Position numbers and translations under genes: made by a program
In this document: positions 26,296 through 35,597 of the stretch, in pieces
Numbering within the stretch: position 1 is the first letter of the stretch
How the letters are laid out: each line of letters begins with the position of its first letter
The notes under the pieces: generated by a model
What the model was told of the DNA's origin: nothing
What the model saw: only the letters and a program-made list of their open reading frames with translations
Databases searched by the model: none
Source: Candidatus Versatilivorator sp.
GTDB lineage: Bacteria > Acidobacteriota > Terriglobia > Versatilivoradales > Versatilivoraceae
Direction: 5' to 3'
Assembly: GCA_965207735.1 (NCBI GenBank)
Contig: OZ242296.1
Coordinates: 4,256,001 to 4,320,000 of the forward strand
DNA length: 64,000 bases

Positions 26296-28806
26296 ATGCA
26301 AGCCCGGCACGGCAGCCACATGCGCGTACCGGTCCTTGTCCTGGCAATGGGGATTAGGATAAAATTACGCTTTCTGTTTTGCCCTGCTTCCGTGATTGGC
26401 TCGAACCCGCGTGGACCCCAAAAAGTGACCGTGTCGGCAAGCATTCCTACCCGAAAATCTCTGGGCCTGGCCTTCCTGCTGCTGGGGGGACTCCTCTCGA
26501 CAGCCTCATGGTCTCCGGCCTCCGATGCCGACGTCCTGATACCCCAGGTCCTCAAGCCGGCAGAGGTCGAATTCTTCGAATCCAAGATCCGCCCGCTACT
26601 GGTTGAACGCTGCTACGCCTGCCATTCGGCCGAACCCGCTCCCATGGGGGGATTGCGCCTGGATACCCGGGAGGGATGGGTAACCGGGGGAAGCCGCGGC
26701 CCCGCCATTGTTCCCGGCAACCCTGCCGGAAGTCTGTTGATTCAGGCCGTCAACTACAAGGATCCCGATCTGTCCATGCCGCCCGAGGGGACCCTGCCAC
26801 CGGAGGAAGTCGAGCTGCTGGAGCAGTGGGTGGGGGTCGGCGCTCCCGACCCCAGAACCGACGCTTCCCAAGCCGCGCCGGTGCAGGACGCCATCGACCT
26901 GGAGGAGGGGCGCAAGTTCTGGTCTTTTCAACCCCTGGCTCAACCGGCGCTTCCCGCCGTGCGGGACGGTGGCTGGGCCCGTTCCTCCCTCGACCGCTTC
27001 GTGCTGGCCCGCCTGGAAGAGAAAGGACTGAAAACGGTGGGACCGGCCGACCGGCGCACCTGGCTTCGCCGGGTCACCCTGGATCTGATCGGTCTGCCGC
27101 CCTCCCCGGAAGAGGTCGAGGTTTTCCTGGGGGATACCTCACCCCAGACCTATGAAACCGTGGTCGACCGCCTGCTGGCCTCTCCCCACTACGGCGAGCG
27201 CTGGGCCCGCTACTGGCTGGACCTGGCCCGCTACGCGGAAGAACAGCGCGCCAACAACCATAGTCGAAAGCACCTGCGTTACGCCTACAAGTATCGGGAT
27301 TGGGTAGTGGAGGCCTTCAATCGGGACCTGGGCTATGACCAGTTCATCATGCAGCAGATCGCCGGGGACCTGATGCGCGGTGTGGGTATGGAAGGGTGGA
27401 GCGCACTGGGTTTTCTTTCCCTGGGCCCCATCTACGAGTCCGATGGCGGTGGAAAGGAAAGCAAGCTGCGCCACCGCTACGACACCATGGATGACAAGAT
27501 CGACACCATGTCCCGAGCCGTTCTGGGCCTGACGGTCTCCTGCGCCCGTTGCCACGACCACAAGTTCGATCCCATCCCCACCGAGGACTACTACTCCCTG
27601 GCGGGCGTTTTCTTCAACACCGAGTATGTGTCCCGCAAGTGGACGGTGCCGTCCAAGGTGTCCGATCGCTACGAGTTCCTGGAAGCCGTGCTCAAGGACA
27701 AGAAGAAGTGCGTCGAAGTGGCCAAGACCAAGAAGATCTTCTTCCAGGACGACGAGGTCGACGCCATGAAGGAGCAGCAAAAGGCCGTCGACGCTCTGAC
27801 GGCCAAGCTGGAAGCCTTCAAGAAGACGCTGCCCCCAGAGCCGACTCACCTCCACAGCGTCGCAGAGGGAGGCTCGAAGGACATCCCGGTGGCCATCAGA
27901 GGAGATCCGGTGCATCCGGGCAAGATGGTGCCCCGCCGATTCCTGCGCGTCATTGCCGGGGACCGGCCGGCGCCCTTCACCCAAGGCAGCGGCCGGCTGG
28001 AGCTGGCCCGAACCATCGTCAGCGAAAACAATCCGCTGACGGCCCGGGTCATGGTCAACCGCATCTGGCAGCACCACTTCGGTCAGGGCCTGGTTCGCAC
28101 GCCCAGCAACTTCGGATTCATGGGGGAGCCTCCCACCCACCCGCTGCTGCTGGACTGGCTGGCCCGTCGCTTTATCGACTCAGGCTGGTCCATGAAACGC
28201 ATGCACCGGGAAATCGTGCTGTCCGCCACCTACCGCCAGAGCAGCGCTTTCGACCGCGGCAATTTCGAGGTGGATGGGGAAAACCGCTGGCACTGGCGGA
28301 TGAACCCCAGGCGGCTGGACGTGGAGGCTTGGCGGGACGGACTGCTGGCCGCCGCCGGCGAGCAGGATCTGCAGATCGGAGGGCCTTCGGTCGAGGACAT
28401 TCTCGGCAGCCGCCGGCGAACTCTCTACGCCTCTGTCCACCGGGACATGCGCTCGGCCTCCGACCAGTTCCTGCGCCTGTTCGACTTTCCCAGCGCTTGG
28501 CTCTCCCGTAGCCAGAGAACCGTCTCCACCGTGCCTCAGCAGCAGCTCTTTCTGATGAACAGCCCCTTCATAGTGGCTCGAGCCCAAGCCCTTGCCCAAC
28601 GCCTCTCGGTGGTGGAGGAAAACGGCAAGCGCGTCGATGAGGCCTTCCGCCTGGTGTTCTCGCGTCCCCCATCGGAAACGGAACGGAGATTGGCGCTGGA
28701 ATTCCTTGAGGAAGACCCGGGAGGTATCCAGCCTGCGCGGCTGACCCGCTGGGAACAGTACGCCCAGGTGCTGCTGAGCTCGAACGAGTTGATGCACGTG
28801 CGCTGA
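26296..28806 (+). CDS. PSD1 and planctomycete cytochrome c domain protein (PSCyt1-DUF1549-DUF1553)
   Basis: FFESKIRPLL.ERCYACH, LRRVTLDLIGLPP, PHYGERWAR.WLDLARYA, CARCHDHKFDPI, VNRIWQHHFGQGLV, PTHPLLLDWLA. True start probably near 26425. Confidence 0.9.
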   Translation: MQARHGSHMRVPVLVLAMGIRIKLRFLFCPASVIGSNPRGPQKVTVSASIPTRKSLGLAFLLLGGLLSTASWSPASDADVLIPQVLKPAEVEFFESKIRPLLVERCYACHSAEPAPMGGLRLDTREGWVTGGSRGPAIVPGNPAGSLLIQAVNYKDPDLSMPPEGTLPPEEVELLEQWVGVGAPDPRTDASQAAPVQDAIDLEEGRKFWSFQPLAQPALPAVRDGGWARSSLDRFVLARLEEKGLKTVGPADRRTWLRRVTLDLIGLPPSPEEVEVFLGDTSPQTYETVVDRLLASPHYGERWARYWLDLARYAEEQRANNHSRKHLRYAYKYRDWVVEAFNRDLGYDQFIMQQIAGDLMRGVGMEGWSALGFLSLGPIYESDGGGKESKLRHRYDTMDDKIDTMSRAVLGLTVSCARCHDHKFDPIPTEDYYSLAGVFFNTEYVSRKWTVPSKVSDRYEFLEAVLKDKKKCVEVAKTKKIFFQDDEVDAMKEQQKAVDALTAKLEAFKKTLPPEPTHLHSVAEGGSKDIPVAIRGDPVHPGKMVPRRFLRVIAGDRPAPFTQGSGRLELARTIVSENNPLTARVMVNRIWQHHFGQGLVRTPSNFGFMGEPPTHPLLLDWLARRFIDSGWSMKRMHREIVLSATYRQSSAFDRGNFEVDGENRWHWRMNPRRLDVEAWRDGLLAAAGEQDLQIGGPSVEDILGSRRRTLYASVHRDMRSASDQFLRLFDFPSAWLSRSQRTVSTVPQQQLFLMNSPFIVARAQALAQRLSVVEENGKRVDEAFRLVFSRPPSETERRLALEFLEEDPGGIQPARLTRWEQYAQVLLSSNELMHVR

Positions 28807-28891
28807 AAGGACCGACGAGTCCGGACTCACAATCATGACGCACGCTCTTCTTCAAACACCTTCGGAAGAAACGGTATAGGGCACTCCGCGG

Positions 28892-30133
28892 ATGGGTTCT
28901 TCCACAGCCCCTCAGGCGCCGAATTCGGCACCAGGCTTGATACGATCTCAATTGGATGCGATAGACAAATTCAAGAACGGTGAGGGGTTGGAGCAAACTG
29001 GCGGGGACATCGGCGAAAGAATCACCACCGGGGCGCGGCTGGAGGAAGTCGTCGAGTCGGCGCTAAGTCAGCCGCGAGTTGCGGTGGATCTGGAGTCCGA
29101 CAACTTCTACCGCTACCCCGATCGGGTGTGCCTGGTACAACTTGCAACCTCCGACGGCGTATACATCGTCGATCCGCTTGCAATCAAGGACATTACACCT
29201 CTCGGGAAGCTCCTGGCCGACGACGCCGTGGAAAAGGCGTTCCACTCTGCCAACTCCGACCTGCGTCTCCTGGATCGTGATTGGAAGTTTCCCGTGCGGG
29301 GCCTGTTCGACACCAGCATAGCCGCCGCGTTCCTGGGATCCGAGAAGCTCGGCCTGGCAGCGATCCTGAAGGAACATCTGGGCATCGAGATAACCAAAAA
29401 CAAGAAGCTGCAGCGTGCCGACTGGTCCCGCCGACCGCTTACGGGCGCCCTGCTGCGGTACGCGGCCCTGGATGTGCTTTACCTCGACCGCCTTACGACA
29501 TTCCTGTATGAAGGGCTGGACAAGCTTGGCAGAACGGAGTGGGTGAAGGAGGAATGCCAACGGCTCGAGGGCATTCGCTATGTGGCGCCGGACGCCGAGT
29601 GGAGATTCCTCTCGGTCAAGGGCAGTCGAGACCTCGACGGACAGGGATTGGCGATCCTCCGATCGCTCTACGCCTTCCGCGAGAAAGAAGCGGTGCGGTG
29701 CGATCGGCCACCGTTCAGGATCTTCTCCGACGCGGCGATGATGGCGCTGGCGGCCAGCCCATACTCCGATATTTCCCGCTTCAAGGGCCTTGGAAGATAC
29801 GGCGACGGCCGGTTCTCCTTGGGTGTGCGCCATGCCATCGATGAGGGTTTCAGGACAGGCCCCGTCCAGCGTCCGCGGAAACGCACGGCGGACCGGAGGG
29901 AGAATCGAAGCAGCTTGCGTCTCCTGAAAGATTGGCGAGCCAACGAAGCGAATCGCCTCGAGCTTTCTCCGTTTCTGCTCTGGCCAACCACCAGCCTGGC
30001 GCGTCTCTCCACGACGTGGACGGACGGGTTCGACGACGAGATGGAAAGCGAGGATGTTCGACGATGGCAGCGTCAGGAGCTTGGAGAAGCACTATGGATG
30101 TTCATGAACCGTTGTCGCGCCGGGAACTACTGA
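28892..30133 (+). CDS. rnd: Ribonuclease D-like 3'-5' exonuclease with HRDC domain
   Basis: AVDLESD..YRY..RVCLVQL, FH.A.SDL, LFDT, QRADWSRRPL, YAALDV and HRDC RE..A...DRPPFRIFSD. Start uncertain. Confidence 0.85.
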   Translation: MGSSTAPQAPNSAPGLIRSQLDAIDKFKNGEGLEQTGGDIGERITTGARLEEVVESALSQPRVAVDLESDNFYRYPDRVCLVQLATSDGVYIVDPLAIKDITPLGKLLADDAVEKAFHSANSDLRLLDRDWKFPVRGLFDTSIAAAFLGSEKLGLAAILKEHLGIEITKNKKLQRADWSRRPLTGALLRYAALDVLYLDRLTTFLYEGLDKLGRTEWVKEECQRLEGIRYVAPDAEWRFLSVKGSRDLDGQGLAILRSLYAFREKEAVRCDRPPFRIFSDAAMMALAASPYSDISRFKGLGRYGDGRFSLGVRHAIDEGFRTGPVQRPRKRTADRRENRSSLRLLKDWRANEANRLELSPFLLWPTTSLARLSTTWTDGFDDEMESEDVRRWQRQELGEALWMFMNRCRAGNY

Positions 30134-31560
30134 GCCGGGTCGGCACGGGAATCGGTTCCCTGGGACTGGCAGCCGTGATGGACCAGGCCGGCTGGCTGGA
30201 CTCCGGCCCGCTTCACGCCTCGGAAGCGCGGCTCGGCAACTCCCTGACCCCCAAGGCGCCGCACTTTGCCCCCCGGGCCAAGCGGGTGATTCACCTGCTG
30301 ATGAACGGCGGCGTCTCCCACGTGGACACCTTCGACCACAAGCCTCTGCTGGAGAAATACCACGGCCAGCGCCCGGCGGCGGTGGACATCAAGACCCTGC
30401 GCAAGACCGAGGGCCTGATGAAGTCGCCCTTCCAGTTCCAGCGCCATGGCGGGTCCGGCCGCTGGGTCAGCGAGCTCTTTCCCCACCTGGCCCAATGCAT
30501 CGACGACCTCTGCATCATCCACTCCATGCATACCGACCTTCCCGAGCACGTGGCCGGGCTGTTGATGATGAACACGGGGGCGATTCAACCCAACCGGCCC
30601 AGCCTGGGCGCCTGGCTGGGATACGGCCTGGGCACGGAAAATCAGAACCTGCCCTCCTTCATTTCCATGTGTCACAAGGGCCGCCACCGTCCCGGTGAGC
30701 CCGGCTGGAACAGCAGCTTTCTGCCGGGCATCTACTCGGGCACCTTCGTCGACACCGGGAACCTGGACCCCAGGAAGGTCGTCCCCGACCTGCGCAACCC
30801 CTACCTGTCCCGCGCCGAGCAGCAGCGGCAGGTCGACCTGTTGGCCCGCATGAACCGATTGAACCTGGAGCGGGTGGAGCGGGACCAGGCCCTGGAGGCC
30901 AGGATTCAGTCTTTCGAGCTGGCCTATCGAATGCAGACGACCGCCCCCGAGGCTTTCGACCTCAGCCGGGAGACTCAAGCCACCCGCGATCTCTACGGGA
31001 TCACCGATGAGCCCACCTACAGCACCATCGGCGGGCGCCCCTTCGGAGGCTTCGCCGAGGGGTGCCTGCTGGCCCGCCGGCTCTCGGAACGGGGGGTCCG
31101 GGTGGTGCAGTTGGCCTTTGCGCCCGACATCGCCTGGGACGACCACGGCGATATCCTGTGGCACCGGCCCAAGGCCAAGGACTGCGACCAGGCCATTGCG
31201 GCTCTGCTCAAGGACCTGAAAGCCCGGGGACTATTGGAGGAGACCCTGGTGCTTTGGGCCGGGGAGTTCGGCCGGACGCCCACCGCCGATCCCAGCACCA
31301 AGAGACCGGGACGGGACCACAACCACTACGGCTTCACCGTTTGGATGGCCGGAGGCGGGGTCAAGGCGGGCATGACCTATGGCGCCACCGACGATTTCGG
31401 CATGCGCGCCGTCCACGACCGGGTGCACGTCCACGACCTGCACGCCACCATCCTGCACCTGATGGGCCTGGACCACGAACGGCTCACCTACCGCTACTCC
31501 GGCCGCGACTTCCGCCTCACCGACGTCCACGGACGGGTCATCCACGAGATCCTCGCCTAG
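30094..31560 (+). CDS. DUF1501 domain protein (copy a)
   Basis: SRRELL Tat-like motif, AKRVIHLLMNGGVSHVDTFD, WDDH, GEFGRTP, GRDHN, HVHDLHATILH. ATG at 30094 has a GGAG RBS. Confidence 0.9.
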   Translation: MDVHEPLSRRELLSRVGTGIGSLGLAAVMDQAGWLDSGPLHASEARLGNSLTPKAPHFAPRAKRVIHLLMNGGVSHVDTFDHKPLLEKYHGQRPAAVDIKTLRKTEGLMKSPFQFQRHGGSGRWVSELFPHLAQCIDDLCIIHSMHTDLPEHVAGLLMMNTGAIQPNRPSLGAWLGYGLGTENQNLPSFISMCHKGRHRPGEPGWNSSFLPGIYSGTFVDTGNLDPRKVVPDLRNPYLSRAEQQRQVDLLARMNRLNLERVERDQALEARIQSFELAYRMQTTAPEAFDLSRETQATRDLYGITDEPTYSTIGGRPFGGFAEGCLLARRLSERGVRVVQLAFAPDIAWDDHGDILWHRPKAKDCDQAIAALLKDLKARGLLEETLVLWAGEFGRTPTADPSTKRPGRDHNHYGFTVWMAGGGVKAGMTYGATDDFGMRAVHDRVHVHDLHATILHLMGLDHERLTYRYSGRDFRLTDVHGRVIHEILA

Positions 31561-31591
31561 CCAGGGAGCAACCTCCACGGAATTCTCGGCT

Positions 31592-31838
31592 AGCCCGCAT
31601 TTCTCACCAGGGGGCATGATCATGGCGCAGGATTTTTCCCTTCGGCGCGTGCTCGCGACCGAAGAGCGTAGCGGTCACTACGCGCGAGGGAGCATGTGCG
31701 CGCTGAAGGGAAAAAGACAAGCCAGGGCATGCCCAGCGCCGTCTGTTGCCCGCAAGCCCTTACCAGAGAGCCAATCAAAGTACTGAAGATAAACTACTTT
31801 TCGTCATGGCACCAGCGACCTGGTGAGAAATGCGGGCT
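31592..31838. mobile_element. 247-bp MITE
   Basis: Perfect 20-bp terminal inverted repeats AGCCCGCATTTCTCACCAGG and CCTGGTGAGAAATGCGGGCT, with a long imperfect internal palindrome. Confidence 0.75.
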
Positions 31839-31887
31839 CGCCGTTGGTGAGGTCGCTCGGCGCTGATGTCCGAGTTGGGAGACGCGG

Positions 31888-33894
31888 ATGTGCGGAATCG
31901 CCGGTGAGTTCGCGTTCCAGAGGGAACAGGTCACGGCAGCCGCCGGCGGGATGATCTCCGCCCTGCGCCACCGCGGACCGGACAGCAACGGACACTACCT
32001 CAGTCCGGCCAAGAACGTTTTCCTGGTCAACACCCGCCTTGCGATCGTCGACATCGGGGGCGGCACCCAGCCGCTCACCAATGAGGACGGGTCCGTCCGG
32101 ATCACCTTCAACGGGGAAATTTACGGATTCGCCGCCTTGGCGCGGCAACTGGAAAGTCGGGGGCATCGCCTTCGGACCCGGTGCGACACCGAAGTCATGG
32201 TGCACTTGTACGAGGAGTACGGAGAGGCGTTCGTCGAGCACCTGCGTGGCGAATTCGCCTTCGCGCTGTATGACCAGCGACAACACACCCTCTGGCTCGG
32301 ACGCGATCGGTTCGGCGTCAAGCCGCTGTACTACGCGGAGTCACCTCGATCCCTGTTGTTCGGGTCGGAGATCAAGGCCATCTTCAGCAATCCGGCCATC
32401 AAGAGAGAACTCAACCGCTCGTTCATCTATTCCTATCTCCACGGACTGCTGCCACCCGACGAGACCGCGTTCGCCGGGGTCCGGCAGGTCGAGCCCGGAT
32501 GTCTGTTGCGGGTGACGGCGACGGGCGTCAAGTCGCACCGATACTGGCAGCCGCGGTTTGCCGAGAGGCCGGATGCGGCCGATTCGAGAGTGCCTGCCCG
32601 AGAGTTCGTCGAGGAGTTCCGCAGGCTGTTCGCCGAAGCGGTCGGACTGCGGTTGCAGGGCGACCAGGAACCGGGGATCTACCTCTCAGGAGGATTGGAC
32701 TCGAGGGCGGTAGCCACCCAGGCCGTTCGATTGTCCGGCCGACCCATGAAGGCGTTCACCGTCGCCTTTGACGATCCCGACTTCGACGAGTCTGCGCGCG
32801 CCGTCGAGACGGTGCGGCAACACGCGCTCGACCACCACATCGTGACCATTCCGGCGTCCGGGCTCGCATCCCATTTCGTGCGATCCATCTGGCACTGCGA
32901 AATGCCGGTGGTGAACGGTCATGGGGCTGCCAAGTTGTTGCTCTCCGGCCTGGCGTCGCAGCAGGTGAAGTCGGTGCTGACGGGGGAGGGCGCCGACGAG
33001 CTCCTGGCCGGTTACGATCTCTTTCGCCACCAGGCCCTGATCGAGCGTGTGCGCCGCGAACCGCGGAATCCCACCCTTCGTGCTCAGATGCGCCAATTCC
33101 TCAGTTCCGTGGATCTGCTTTCGGGCACCGTCAAAACCAGCGACTACGCGGAATACGACCGAGTGGTCGAGCTCTTTGGCGCCTATCCTTACCCCGCTCT
33201 GCGAGCGCTGAAGCTGGGGCGTTGGATTCGCAAACTGCTGTCGCGGGACTATATCCGCAGCATCTGCGATTTCGATCCGCTCGAGCAACTCGCTGCCGGA
33301 TGGAGCTCACGCCCCCTGGCGGGCGAAGACCCCCTGAGCGCCACACAGGACTTCCTGTTCAGAACTCAGCTGCCCGGCTACATCCTGAATTGCCTCGGCG
33401 ACCGCATGGAGATGGCGAACTCCGTCGAGGGCCGCGTGCCGTTTCTCGACCACAAGCTGGCGGAGTTTGCTTTCGGGCTTCCAAGGTCGTTGAAGGTCCG
33501 CGACGGTCAAGGCAAGGTCCTCTTGCGGGAGGCCCTCGGCCAGTCCCATCCCGCCTACCGTGTCGCCAAGCAGGCCTTTTTCTCGCCCGCGGCGACGCTG
33601 GATCTCCAGAACGGAAGGTCGCCGCTGAACCGTTATCTCGACCGGCGGTTGACGGAAGAATGCGGAATCTTCAATCCCGCCAGGTTGAGGACCTTGAAAC
33701 ATGCCCTGCCGTTGCTCGGGAAGGGATCCAACCGCCGGGTGCGATGTGAAGGCCTGCTGACCTTTGCGATTTCGGTTCACGCCCTTCACGAGCTGTTCTG
33801 TACCAACTTCAAAGGCGCCATGCAGCGATTCGAAAGACCCTTGAGCCTTTTGCAAAATTCGGAATCGGGCATGACATTGGGCTGGCAACAGTGA
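31888..33894 (+). CDS. asnB: Asparagine synthase (glutamine-hydrolysing) family amidotransferase
   Basis: MCGIAG, HRGPD, FNGEIY, RDRFGVKPLYY, LSGGLDS, TGEGADELLAGY, RVPFLDH. The last 16 aa are read from the inserted IS. Confidence 0.9.
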   Translation: MCGIAGEFAFQREQVTAAAGGMISALRHRGPDSNGHYLSPAKNVFLVNTRLAIVDIGGGTQPLTNEDGSVRITFNGEIYGFAALARQLESRGHRLRTRCDTEVMVHLYEEYGEAFVEHLRGEFAFALYDQRQHTLWLGRDRFGVKPLYYAESPRSLLFGSEIKAIFSNPAIKRELNRSFIYSYLHGLLPPDETAFAGVRQVEPGCLLRVTATGVKSHRYWQPRFAERPDAADSRVPAREFVEEFRRLFAEAVGLRLQGDQEPGIYLSGGLDSRAVATQAVRLSGRPMKAFTVAFDDPDFDESARAVETVRQHALDHHIVTIPASGLASHFVRSIWHCEMPVVNGHGAAKLLLSGLASQQVKSVLTGEGADELLAGYDLFRHQALIERVRREPRNPTLRAQMRQFLSSVDLLSGTVKTSDYAEYDRVVELFGAYPYPALRALKLGRWIRKLLSRDYIRSICDFDPLEQLAAGWSSRPLAGEDPLSATQDFLFRTQLPGYILNCLGDRMEMANSVEGRVPFLDHKLAEFAFGLPRSLKVRDGQGKVLLREALGQSHPAYRVAKQAFFSPAATLDLQNGRSPLNRYLDRRLTEECGIFNPARLRTLKHALPLLGKGSNRRVRCEGLLTFAISVHALHELFCTNFKGAMQRFERPLSLLQNSESGMTLGWQQ

Positions 33895-35329
33895 TGTTCC
33901 GGCGGTGACTACCCAGCTGCAAAGACCCTTTTGAAGGAAAAAGCCCGAATCTGATGGCCGGATGGCCAGCGGTCGCCGGACGCAGGCACAGCTTACCCTC
34001 TCCCGGCCTTGAGGCGGGCGAACCTGCTGTGCGGTTGGGGGTGGCAACCCGGTCTTCAGAGCGTCAGGCGCATCAACTGATCCACCGTCAGGGCCAGAAT
34101 GCCGAACATCAGGTGGCACCTCACCTTGTCGGGGCCGCGAACCCTCACCTGCCTCCCGCCAAACTCCTCCTTGAGCCGTCCGTTGACCCGCTCCACCGTC
34201 GAGCGTTCCCGGTAGCGCCGCGCCTCGGGAGTCACTTGGCCGATACAGCGCCGGGCCAGTGCCTCCCGCTTCCGCTCGGCTTTCAAGGTAGCTCTTCGGC
34301 GGGGGTTGACGTCAATAATCGGCACATGCCCCAGCTTCTCACTGAAGGCCCGGATCTCCGGCGCATCGTAGGCGCTGTCCATCAAGTCGTAGAGACTCTC
34401 GACCCGCCTTGCCGTCAGCGTCGCCAGCGGAATGGCTGCCTGAGAGTCATGCACCGAGGCCGAGGTCAGCAGACAACTGACCGGAATCCCGCCGTCAATG
34501 GCGTCGAGGTGTAGCTTGTAGCCGGTCCAGCTCTCCTGATGCCCCTTGGCGTTGCGCTTGACGCCGATGTCGCAGGCCTTGGGCAACTCCTTCAACATTT
34601 CCTCCAGCGTCATCGACCCCTGCCGCTCCAGCCGGCTCAACCGCTTGGGCCGTCGCTCGCCCTTCGGCGGCCGGCCCCGCCGGCGTTTCCGCTTGGCCTC
34701 CGGCGCAGCCTTGGCCGCTGGCTTTTCCCGTCCCGCAATCGCCGTCGAGTCCCTCGACACATGCCCCGCCAAGTGGCCCTTCAGCGTCTCCTCCAGCAAT
34801 GCCTCGTGCAAACGCCCCGGCAGGTCGCTCTCAGCGAATTCCGCAAAGGCCCGCGAGAAGGTCGACTCGCTCGGTACCTCCCACGCCCTCTCCCAGCCGC
34901 ACAGCCGCCGCAGCCTCCCCTCACTCCTCAGCCGCTCCACCAATCCCCGCGTGGTCGCCACCTCCAGCATCGACTTCGCCAGATAGGCTCGCGCCAGCAC
35001 TGCCCGATCCTCCAGCGGCCGGCCACGCCAGCCCCGACTGTAAGGCAGCAACTCCTCCACCCGCACCAACTCCAATACCTGCACCAGCCGCTGGTAACGC
35101 TCTCCCAGAGGCCCCAAAACTTCCTCCAGCAGGGGAAACAGCTCTCGTTGAAACCGGAACCAGTGTCGTGATAGGGTTTCCCTAAGGGGCAAGTTCCACC
35201 TCCGTTCATCATGTGGTTCAGACACCTTCATGATACAACAGACAGTGGTCTTGCCCCTCCTTCCACCTGCCCTCCTTGATCTTTCCCCACGTGAAAATTC
35301 CCGCTATCTGCGAATTTTGCAAAAGGCTC
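33843..35329 (-). mobile_element. Complete insertion sequence (IS5/IS1182-like DDE)
   Basis: Perfect 18-bp TIRs GAGCCTTTTGCAAAATTC (33843-33860) and GAATTTTGCAAAAGGCTC (35312-35329). 4-bp target duplication CCTT at 33839-33842 and 35330-35333. Confidence 0.9.
34056..35231 (-). CDS. DDE transposase
   Basis: VPSESTFSR, RDSTAI, GYKLHL, SASVHDS, LMDSAYD, Y.ERSTVERVNGRLKEEFG. Confidence 0.9.
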   Translation of the reverse strand: MKVSEPHDERRWNLPLRETLSRHWFRFQRELFPLLEEVLGPLGERYQRLVQVLELVRVEELLPYSRGWRGRPLEDRAVLARAYLAKSMLEVATTRGLVERLRSEGRLRRLCGWERAWEVPSESTFSRAFAEFAESDLPGRLHEALLEETLKGHLAGHVSRDSTAIAGREKPAAKAAPEAKRKRRRGRPPKGERRPKRLSRLERQGSMTLEEMLKELPKACDIGVKRNAKGHQESWTGYKLHLDAIDGGIPVSCLLTSASVHDSQAAIPLATLTARRVESLYDLMDSAYDAPEIRAFSEKLGHVPIIDVNPRRRATLKAERKREALARRCIGQVTPEARRYRERSTVERVNGRLKEEFGGRQVRVRGPDKVRCHLMFGILALTVDQLMRLTL

Positions 35330-35597
35330 CCTTGTAATCATTTTCAGGTTGAGGCCCCAAAGAAAAACAAGGGGAAATAGGGGACGTTGTTGAATTACTG
35401 GACATACTGGGGATGGCCATTCTGAAATGCCTTGGATTTAGCCGGAAGGGCTTGATACCGTGTAATGTGAGAGTGTGTGCTGCGAACCTGGGCCGTTCAA
35501 CTGGCTTGACCGAGCGTCGGATGCTCGTTTTCTGCCAGCCAAGGTTTGGCCGGAACAAAGTTATTCCAGTAAGTCAACAACGTCCCCTTAACTTCAG

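Noticed and set aside
31888-33894. AsnB as a lasso peptide cyclase
   Set aside because: It has an intact N-terminal Cys glutaminase domain, and no precursor, B1/B2 peptidase or RRE gene is nearby.
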